A stretch of 52,502 nucleotides of DNA, the filler included, from Stramenopiles sp. TOSAG23-2 (Eukaryota), in assembly GCA_900128395.1 (NCBI GenBank). It is 3 parts of 3 records of this genome, joined end to end, with 100 filler letters (N's around TTAATTAATTAA, not from the genome) between each part and the next. Parts side by side here need not be neighbours in the genome. Positions count along the whole stretch, not along the records: positions 35,078 to 52,502 come from LT649645.1; 2 more parts are not named here. One strand, written 5' to 3'. Every line of letters begins with the position of its first letter. Positions within the stretch are counted from its first letter, which is position 1. The notes below the pieces were generated by a model that saw nothing but the letters and a program-made list of their open reading frames with translations, had not been told where the DNA came from and did no database searches. This document shows positions 44,765 through 52,502 of this stretch, piece after piece. The translations under genes were made by a program, and so were the position numbers.

Positions 44765-46279
44765 TTAAAGTGTTGCAACAAACTTATCGTATCTTTCACG
44801 CATGGCAGCAGCATATGCACCCAAAGCTTCAGGGGTTGATTCTGATGGGCAACCCATGAAATCTCTGAAACGCTTCAATGCTGTTTGCACAACAGGTTTG
44901 TCATTATGTTGCAAAATTGCAGCAACAAATCTTCCAGCTGATATTTGTGCAATGCCATATCCTGGTCTCATCACATTGGATGGGTTCAATTGACGGATCA
45001 TTGTAAACATGTCATTCACCATATCCATATAAGTCGAAAATTGGTACGGTGATGCATCTGTCTGCATGCAATCCTTGTAGTATTGAAGATCTCCAGCATT
45101 TTGTGGCCTTGAAAACAAATATACCATGAAATCAAAATGAAGCGCTGCCCATTCTGGAGAATCAGTATCTTGGAAGGTCCAGCCCATCATGTTGTACAAA
45201 ACAAGCTTCCAGAAGAAAACACGTGGGTGCCATCTTACTGAACTCAATATTTTGCCGAATTCCTGAAAGTTGTCATCCATAATTCCTTTCCATGCTGAAT
45301 CTGGATTGCGGGAAGTTTCAACCATTGCATGGAACCACCATAAAGTCATTTTTGCAGTCTGTTGGTGTGGAAGAGTGTTATTTTTATTAACCCCCATACG
45401 CTTTAATGCAAGGACAACTGGTAGTGCTTGTGGCTGCATAATTTGACCACTAATTTGGTTAATTGAATATACTGCTTGTCGCTCCGGTTCAGTCCCAATC
45501 CAATTTGCGCCATAACCAATACCTAAAACTCGGTTTAATCTTCGACCCCAGTATAAAACTTCTGGATAATCTCGAAAAGCATATGCATATTTGACTATTG
45601 TATTCATACTTTCGCCATGTGTTTGCGAAAGGGAAGAATATGCAAAACCAGCATTAACGTAATCAATAAATGGTTTCCAAACGGCCATAACTTTGTCCAT
45701 TCCTTCAGCTTCCTTATATGCTTTTCCAACTTGCTCTGCAATGTCTTTCCCCGGTCCTTCAGAATAAAAGTTATACTGCCCCCGACTTAAACTTGCAATG
45801 GCCTCTGGTGTATTGTACTTGCGAGTAAAGCGCATGCCTACCATGCTAAAAAAACGCATGTAAACCATAAGTAGATCATTGTTGTATCCAAAGTATTTCA
45901 AGCCAAATTCGTGAAATTTTGCTGGGTTATTTTGGAATTTACCAGCGTTAGATTCACGAGGGACAGTATCAAGGAAAGTTGACCAGTAATGGCAAACATC
46001 ATCTTGAGAGCAGAACCCAAAAGCATCAGGATTAAGCATTTGTCGTGCCATACCAAGATTCATTGGACTTTTTTCATAAGAATTACTAATCGTGTGTAAT
46101 AATCCTCCCCAAAACTCTGGACTATCCACTTCATAATTCATAAAAGGAACATCTTCACCCCTTACATATGCCACGGGACGTGGTTTAATGTTTTTGAATG
46201 TTGTGTCGAATAATGCTTGTGCTAAAGCTTTTGCACGTTCCATTTGATCCGCTGGTAAACCATCATTACGTGTTGCCAT
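44765..46279 (-). CDS. Uncharacterised alpha-helical protein of four ~107-aa repeats (possibly C12orf57/C10-like)
   Basis: Clean 504-aa ATG ORF; (S/T/E)PE motif at aa 54, 158, 265, 375 and 483, the last four each preceded by a hydrophobic-Gly helix end. Confidence 0.75.
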   Translation of the reverse strand: MATRNDGLPADQMERAKALAQALFDTTFKNIKPRPVAYVRGEDVPFMNYEVDSPEFWGGLLHTISNSYEKSPMNLGMARQMLNPDAFGFCSQDDVCHYWSTFLDTVPRESNAGKFQNNPAKFHEFGLKYFGYNNDLLMVYMRFFSMVGMRFTRKYNTPEAIASLSRGQYNFYSEGPGKDIAEQVGKAYKEAEGMDKVMAVWKPFIDYVNAGFAYSSLSQTHGESMNTIVKYAYAFRDYPEVLYWGRRLNRVLGIGYGANWIGTEPERQAVYSINQISGQIMQPQALPVVLALKRMGVNKNNTLPHQQTAKMTLWWFHAMVETSRNPDSAWKGIMDDNFQEFGKILSSVRWHPRVFFWKLVLYNMMGWTFQDTDSPEWAALHFDFMVYLFSRPQNAGDLQYYKDCMQTDASPYQFSTYMDMVNDMFTMIRQLNPSNVMRPGYGIAQISAGRFVAAILQHNDKPVVQTALKRFRDFMGCPSESTPEALGAYAAAMRERYDKFVATL

Positions 46280-47004
46280 TTTTAAAATCTCTTTCTTTAG
46301 TTTTATGTTTGTGTTTTGCTGTTATTGCGTTTTTATAGATATATATATATATATTGTATCTGTATATATCTGTATATATCTATACTATATCTTTTTTCCT
46401 GTGCTCTTCCGTGGGTATATATCTGATTTTCTTCATATATTCGTCATATCATCATATATGATCACCTTTTAGTTCATGCTGTGTTCATACTAATTCATAC
46501 AGTATAAGCGAAGCCTTCCGCATCATCATTTTGCTGATGGTGGTTAAATTGGTGGTGGTGGACATAAAAATGAAGAAAAAAAAAAAAAAGATTTCCTCAC
46601 AAATTATAATTAAAATTTATAGTTACTAGTATATAAAAACAAATCTCCGCCGCGCTAATATTAATACCTTAATACCAAAACAGACAACAACAACAGACCA
46701 AAGATTACAGACAAAAAACCCAAAAAAATAATAATTAAATGTTTTTTTTTTTTTTTTTGCCATGATGGTTTGCACATCATTTGTGCATTTCATAAAAATT
46801 TAAATCATGAATTATATTAGGAACAACGTGTAACGAACGCATAAGAACAATAGAATAATATATGTTGATACTGGTATAAATATATATATATATGTAATAA
46901 AAAGAATAATAATATATATATGCGTATTAATTGTTGTTGAAGTATAATTACTTGATATTGTTAGTATATATATATATTATTTTTAAAAATAATAGTGAAC
47001 AAAA

Positions 47005-48867
47005 ATGGCATCTTTAACCGAAGGAAACAATTATGATAATAATAATACAGAAACATCAACACCACACCCATCAGATGATGGTACAGAACGTGTACAAAAA
47101 GATGTTGATGACATGTTTTTGAAATGGTTAAAAGACAACGGCGCCAGGTTTCCAAAGGTCTTGTGGCCATCGCGTGATACGGTTGGTGGCGTGCGCGGTG
47201 CAATTGCAATTGAAACGATTGAAACGAACGAACCAATTATGTACATACCTCATAAATTATTAATATCACCACCAGTCGCACGTTCTTCACCAGAAATTGG
47301 ACATATTTTTATAGAAAATCAATCATTTTTTCGCGGCGATGACGATTTATTGTTATCGACTTACATTATGTACGAAGAAAGTCGTGGGAAAGACTCCTTT
47401 TGGTATCCATTTTTAGCAATGCTCCCAAGGCCTGGATCAATATCGGATTGGAATGAAGAAGAAATGAAGGAAGTGCAAGATGACCATTTAATACGTGATG
47501 CAAAATCAAGACCGTCACGAATTAAATTAAAATATGAAAAATTAATGTCAATGCTGGAAGCAGACTATGGAACATGGTTTAATAGGGAGGTGCATACATA
47601 TGATCGTTTTCGTCATGCATGGATGACTATTCAAGCACGTGCATTTGGACGCCGTTTGCCATGGACTGCATTAGTCCCATTTGCCGATACATTGAATCAT
47701 ACAAATGTACAAACAAAATATGATTTCAATGTGAATTCAAATGAAACATTTCGTTTATTTCCAACTGGACGTAATCGATATGAAAAAGGAGCGGAAGTAT
47801 TTAATAGTTACGGTAGACGTGATAATCACTTTTTATTAATGGAATATGGTTTTGCGTTGTTAAACAATGAATGGGATACAGTGGATATGACATTGATGAT
47901 CCTAGATACAGACATCGACGCAGAAAGAAAGCGCGAGTTATTGAAACAATTTTATATTAGTACAACTCGTAGGTTTAAATTACGATGGGGAAGGTTAAAT
48001 ATTGGTATGTTGTTGCTACTTTTTATATATATATATTATTCACATATTTACATATTCACACTTCACATACGGTATACTATTTTTATAACATGTACATATA
48101 CTAACAAATATTTTCTGTCTAAAGACATGCTGAGTTTTTGCCGTTTACGATGTATGACAGTTGAAGAATTAAATAATCCTGAAAATGAAATGAAATTTTT
48201 TGGGCAAGGTGTTAGTTTTGAGAATGAAACAAAAGCTATTGATATGTATAAAAGTTTATTAAATGATAAATTAAATGCATATCCAACGACATATGAAGAA
48301 GATGCTGCTATTTTGAACGCAGCGAATGATATTTCTCCGCGTTTAGTAGCAGCAACACGATATCGCCATTCAAAAAAGCGTATTATAATGAAACAATTGG
48401 AAATTTTAAATGCGATGGCTCCTCTTGTTAGATTATTATTAGCTCAAGAGCAGACTGGTCTGTTTCCAAATGATTCGAAATCATTACGTGTGAAAAGTTT
48501 AAAAAAATACGTTGATTCAATCATGGATATGGCAACAATTGGTATGGAACAAATGAAAATGGAACAACAAGGTAAAAATAGTATTGTGTTAGGTGACCCG
48601 AATACTAGTAGTACAAAATTAGTTATGGGAAGGCATGTTGTTAGTACATCCTCTACAAGTTCTTCTGCAGCAACAACAACAAATAATAATAGTAATAATG
48701 ATACTGTTGTTGGTGATACAAAGGAAGATGGTAATTATGATAGTATGATGCTCGATTTAAATGCCATGGATGATGAATTTTTAAATGCGAAATTAGAAGC
48801 TGATGAAAAGAAAAAAACAGAAGAATTATTGGAAAGATTGACTCATTTAGAAATGCCATCTGAATAA
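47005..48867 (+). CDS. SET-domain lysine/histidine methyltransferase (SETD3/Rubisco-LSMT class); exons 47005-48004 and 48125-48867, ~580 aa
   Basis: FLKWLKDNGA, RGAIA, SFWYPFLAMLP, ALVPFADTLNH and EVFNSYG..N..LLMEYGF; LSMT substrate-binding-like YPTTYEEDAAIL. Confidence 0.9.
   Translation: MASLTEGNNYDNNNTETSTPHPSDDGTERVQKDVDDMFLKWLKDNGARFPKVLWPSRDTVGGVRGAIAIETIETNEPIMYIPHKLLISPPVARSSPEIGHIFIENQSFFRGDDDLLLSTYIMYEESRGKDSFWYPFLAMLPRPGSISDWNEEEMKEVQDDHLIRDAKSRPSRIKLKYEKLMSMLEADYGTWFNREVHTYDRFRHAWMTIQARAFGRRLPWTALVPFADTLNHTNVQTKYDFNVNSNETFRLFPTGRNRYEKGAEVFNSYGRRDNHFLLMEYGFALLNNEWDTVDMTLMILDTDIDAERKRELLKQFYISTTRRFKLRWGRLNIGMLLLLFIYIYYSHIYIFTLHIRYTIFITCTYTNKYFLSKDMLSFCRLRCMTVEELNNPENEMKFFGQGVSFENETKAIDMYKSLLNDKLNAYPTTYEEDAAILNAANDISPRLVAATRYRHSKKRIIMKQLEILNAMAPLVRLLLAQEQTGLFPNDSKSLRVKSLKKYVDSIMDMATIGMEQMKMEQQGKNSIVLGDPNTSSTKLVMGRHVVSTSSTSSSAATTTNNNSNNDTVVGDTKEDGNYDSMMLDLNAMDDEFLNAKLEADEKKKTEELLERLTHLEMPSE
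48005..48124 (+). other. Spliceosomal intron (120 bp, in frame, no stop codon)
   Basis: GTATGT donor, TACTAAC at 48099-48105, AAAG acceptor; AT-rich; splicing gives LNI-D-MLSFCR. Confidence 0.88.
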
Positions 48868-49201
48868 ATCTTTTTACGACGTGATATATGTATTTTCAGT
48901 GTGTGACGTGTGTGACGATGTGTGTGTGTGAACGTGTGTAAAAACAACAACTAATTTTTATTTTTTGAATTAAATATATGCACTTTTTATATATGATGCA
49001 CAATGATATTTACATACTATTTCAAGTAATGTGTCAAGGTCGTATATATTAGAAAGTGTGTTAGCATACGTTTTACGTACACGGGGTTTTCGTAGAAAAG
49101 TAAATGAATACACATTATATGATTTCTACTAAGAATTACTTTTATATTTTATATTTATATTTATTTTTACTAACTATCGTTTTTTAAACACAAAATACAA
49201 T

Positions 49202-49777
49202 TTAATCAAGACCACCTCCTACTTTAACTCCTGCTTGTCTTTTACGTGCAGCTTGTTTGCGTGTTAATTTAGTTGGCATTTTTAATTCTTTTGCCTTTTT
49301 AACAATAGAACCTTTTTCTGCAACAATTAATTCAACATGACATGGGCTTGCCATGTATGGTCCAATACGACCGTGTGCACGGTAAGTTCTGCGGCGTTGT
49401 TTGATTGCTTGGTTAACTTGGATATGGTGGATGTAACAATTGTCGATATCAAGTCCTTTGAATTCTGCGTTTGCTTCTGCGTTAACAAGTAAATCCATTA
49501 AATATTTAACAGATTTTACAGGCCATCCAACTTGGGAACCTGGTGCATTCAAATTTTTTGCTTGTGCGTGGCGACCACGTCCACCAGTGAAACGTTTGAA
49601 AGCAATTGCTTGTTTTCTGTCAAGGACAGCTTGTAAATAATCTTTTGCACCTTGTAAACTTCTGTTTTTAATAGATGCAGCAGCCTCACGCATATTTTTA
49701 AAATGTGTACGCAAGTTATTACCACGTGCTTTGCACAATTTGGTTTGGTCTTCCGGTTCAAAACTATATTTTACCAT
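49202..49777 (-). CDS. RPL17: 60S ribosomal protein L17 (uL22)
   Basis: [27 protein letters not shown] and [26 protein letters not shown] at 49777. Confidence 0.98.
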   Translation of the reverse strand: MVKYSFEPEDQTKLCKARGNNLRTHFKNMREAAASIKNRSLQGAKDYLQAVLDRKQAIAFKRFTGGRGRHAQAKNLNAPGSQVGWPVKSVKYLMDLLVNAEANAEFKGLDIDNCYIHHIQVNQAIKQRRRTYRAHGRIGPYMASPCHVELIVAEKGSIVKKAKELKMPTKLTRKQAARKRQAGVKVGGGLD

Positions 49778-50624
49778 CTTTCGTTGCAACTGATTATTAT
49801 TATAATTATTATATTATCAACTTGTATTATAAATATATCTTTTCTGCGTATATTAATTCTAACACATATATATGTATGCTCTATATATACAAATAGATCT
49901 AATATATTTATATATATATATATATATTTACAACTACTTTCTATTTTCCAATACTGTGTAGTGTTATTTTATTTTATGTTACAAATAAATAATCTTCGCA
50001 TGATTTCCTGGATTTCACTGGCCCTCAACAACCAGTGATTTTTAGCTCCTTACAGCATTAGAAATATTTTAAAATATTTTTTATACTTAATCTATTTTAT
50101 ATTTTATATTTTAGTATAAAAATAGTATTATTAAACGAAATATTGATTGGTAAAATATGTCAGGTAAGAATACGAAAATTTTATTAAGGTTCTTTGACCC
50201 TTTGATAGGACCAATATCGCTGTTTTTAATATTCTAATAAATATACTTGTTCCTGAAATATCGACTACACAGCATTGTTGGGATCCATCTGGAAATCCTC
50301 TTGTATGCTCTGTGGGTGCTATTACATAAGAATCCGGAAAGCACTGATAATAACTGGCCTTACGTGCTTACCACCGTCGTAGCAGGCGGCTAAAAAACAC
50401 AACAACCACACCACAGGAAGCAAATTTTGATGTAAAAAATGATGATGCAAAATGACAACTAAAAAATGACACGAAACAACTGGCGGCTGGGATTATTATA
50501 CATCCAGAAAAAAATAAAATAAAGTGAGATAGCCGTAGAGAGGATATATACACACACACACACACACACATTGTATATTTAATAGTAATAGCAGTCATAA
50601 TAATAATAATAAGTATAGTCCAAG

Positions 50625-50849
50625 ATGATTATACCAGTACGATGTTTTACGTGTGGGAAAGTTATAGGTAACAAATGGGAAACATATTTGGATTTGATCA
50701 ATTCCAATATGTTAGAATGTCAAGCACTTGATGAGTTAGGTTTAAACAGATATTGTTGTCGTAGAATGGTTTTAACACATGTTGATTTAATTGAAAAGTT
50801 ATTAAATTACAATACATTGGATAAACAAATTGATGAACCAACACGATAA
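50625..50849 (+). CDS. RPB10: RNA polymerases I/II/III shared subunit RPABC5
   Basis: [18 protein letters not shown]...[22 protein letters not shown]. Confidence 0.99.
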   Translation: MIIPVRCFTCGKVIGNKWETYLDLINSNMLECQALDELGLNRYCCRRMVLTHVDLIEKLLNYNTLDKQIDEPTR

Positions 50850-51281
50850 ATATTGATGTCCCATGGTCATTTTATAACCATACGCGTACACACACACACA
50901 CACATATATATATGCGTGTATGTATATATATTTATATTGATGCAAGTGTAATATATTAAAATAGATATATGAATGTATAATATATTACTACTACTCTTCC
51001 TACTTGGTATTTTAAAAGAAAAAAAAGAACAACCAAAAATAATATGTAAAAGATATATGAAGAGAAGATAAGAAACAGGGATATTACAATGTATAGCTAG
51101 TGTGTGTAGTATATGCGTATTAAATATATATATATATTATACCGTTCGTAATATTATTAAACATTGTCGTACTGATACTCAAAAATATTATTATGAAATA
51201 TGAGATATTATTATATGCATACACACTTCTTTTATAGCGTGTGATTAATGTGAAAAATGTTTTTTTTACTCTTTTTTGTTA

Positions 51282-52088
51282 TTAATTTTTATCAAATTTA
51301 TTTGCAAGTATCCTTTCAGAAACAACTTCTGATGCTTCACGTAACATTAACCGTTTAAGATCTTGATGCTTTGATCTAAATTTCTCACTTTCCTTCGTAA
51401 CTTCTACTAATGAATTTTCTAATTCACTCACTTTCATTTGATTACTTGTGCGTAATACATCTATCTCATCATTCGTTGATCTTACTTGACCTTCAAGATG
51501 TTGTACTTTACGCAATAAATAATTTTTATCATCTTCCAAATTACTGACTGAATTAGATAAAATTTCAACTTGACCTTTTTTATCTTCATACATTTCTTTC
51601 GTTTCTTCAATATCTAAGGTTAACTTTTTCACATCTTCTTTGCGTGTCAAGCTCAATTCTTGCAATCTTAAATTTGAATTATGCAAATCCTCCCGAGTGC
51701 TTCTTAATTCAATGTTTTTTCTTTCCACATTTAATTCGGTTTCTTTATTGGAACGTTTTAAATTATAAATTTTATTTTGCAGCATATTAATTCGCTCTTT
51801 ATGTATTTCTTCCATTCTCGTAACTTCTTCTCTTTGTGAATTGGCTAAATCTAACATCGTTGTTTTATTTTCTACTAATTCTTCATTTTTACGTTGTAAT
51901 TTTGATATTTCAATTGGATCATTTTCATAGTGATCTTCATTTTCCGCATCATCGTTATTGCTGTTGTTATTATTCATTTTTATTACAATTGATCCATTTC
52001 GATTGATTTTCACAGTTGGGGATTTTTGCCCATTATTGTTTGTTGAATACATCGTTGACGATGGTGGGTTTATATTATATCTGTCCAT
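51282..52088 (-). CDS. Uncharacterised coiled-coil protein
   Basis: 268-aa ATG ORF; Asn-rich N-terminus followed by a continuous heptad pattern. Confidence 0.75.
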   Translation of the reverse strand: MDRYNINPPSSTMYSTNNNGQKSPTVKINRNGSIVIKMNNNNSNNDDAENEDHYENDPIEISKLQRKNEELVENKTTMLDLANSQREEVTRMEEIHKERINMLQNKIYNLKRSNKETELNVERKNIELRSTREDLHNSNLRLQELSLTRKEDVKKLTLDIEETKEMYEDKKGQVEILSNSVSNLEDDKNYLLRKVQHLEGQVRSTNDEIDVLRTSNQMKVSELENSLVEVTKESEKFRSKHQDLKRLMLREASEVVSERILANKFDKN

Positions 52089-52502
52089 ATATTATTTATA
52101 AACTAAAATAAATACGTATACTTGATCAATAATTTTACGTGGTTAGAAGTGGTGTTGATATTAAAATGCTTGTACAACCATGAAATCATTTCCATTGCAA
52201 GTTATACGTGTGTGTTTACATATTATATCACAATAAATGTGTAGCTATGCATATCGGATTACATATGGCCAAGTTATAGTAAAAAAAGGCATTTTGTTGA
52301 GAGTAGTGGTGTATTATGAGGATGCCACACACGTACCACTACTGGTGGTACCAGGTAGAGCTGCTCCGTTTTATGTCGGGTGGTCGGGTAGTGGGGGTGG
52401 GGGGTGTTCAAACGCTTCAAATGCTCCATATGCCGTATCTGACGATTTTAAAATTTACAACACTTAAATAATTAAATTTTCAGTTTTCGAATAAAAATTA
52501 TT

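Noticed and set aside
49990-50400. Hairpin TCACTGG...CCAGTGA and GC-richer patch upstream of RPL17, possible snoRNA or 5' UTR intron
   Set aside because: No complete C/D or H/ACA box set and the donor site is ambiguous; an Infernal/Rfam scan would be needed.
52237-52467. 76-aa ORF at the window end
   Set aside because: No recognisable motif; likely promoter or UTR sequence of the divergent coiled-coil gene.

Overview
AT-rich, intron-poor eukaryotic nuclear DNA from a flagellated protist. CFAP52 supports flagella; a stramenopile-like origin is my inference from the protein sequences, not a search result. The window is not one locus: three contigs (1-17449, 17550-34977, 35078-52502) are joined by artificial N44-TTAATTAATTAA-N44 linkers, so adjacency across them is meaningless. 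About 21 protein genes are present. Housekeeping genes: UGDH, SRP54, a PiT phosphate transporter, CFAP52, TAF9, RPL17 and RPB10. Other recognisable families: a GST, a PhyH dioxygenase, a SET methyltransferase, a K2P channel and an IQ-PX protein. The most unusual items are (1) a Dph6-RidA enzyme with an in-frame N-terminal HIT-like domain, (2) a 3-exon ~1924-aa Cys-rich type I receptor with a Notch-like LNR / RRRLL / TM juxtamembrane layout, (3) a 2498-aa coiled coil carrying a Sec16 C-terminal-like motif without the Sec16 core, (4) a helical protein built from four ~107-aa repeats resembling C12orf57/C10, (5) a tandem GGCT-like protein with one degenerate copy, and (6) a GC-rich renalase-like gene. 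No rRNA, tRNA, CRISPR array or autonomous transposon was seen. All family calls are by-eye motif recognition.
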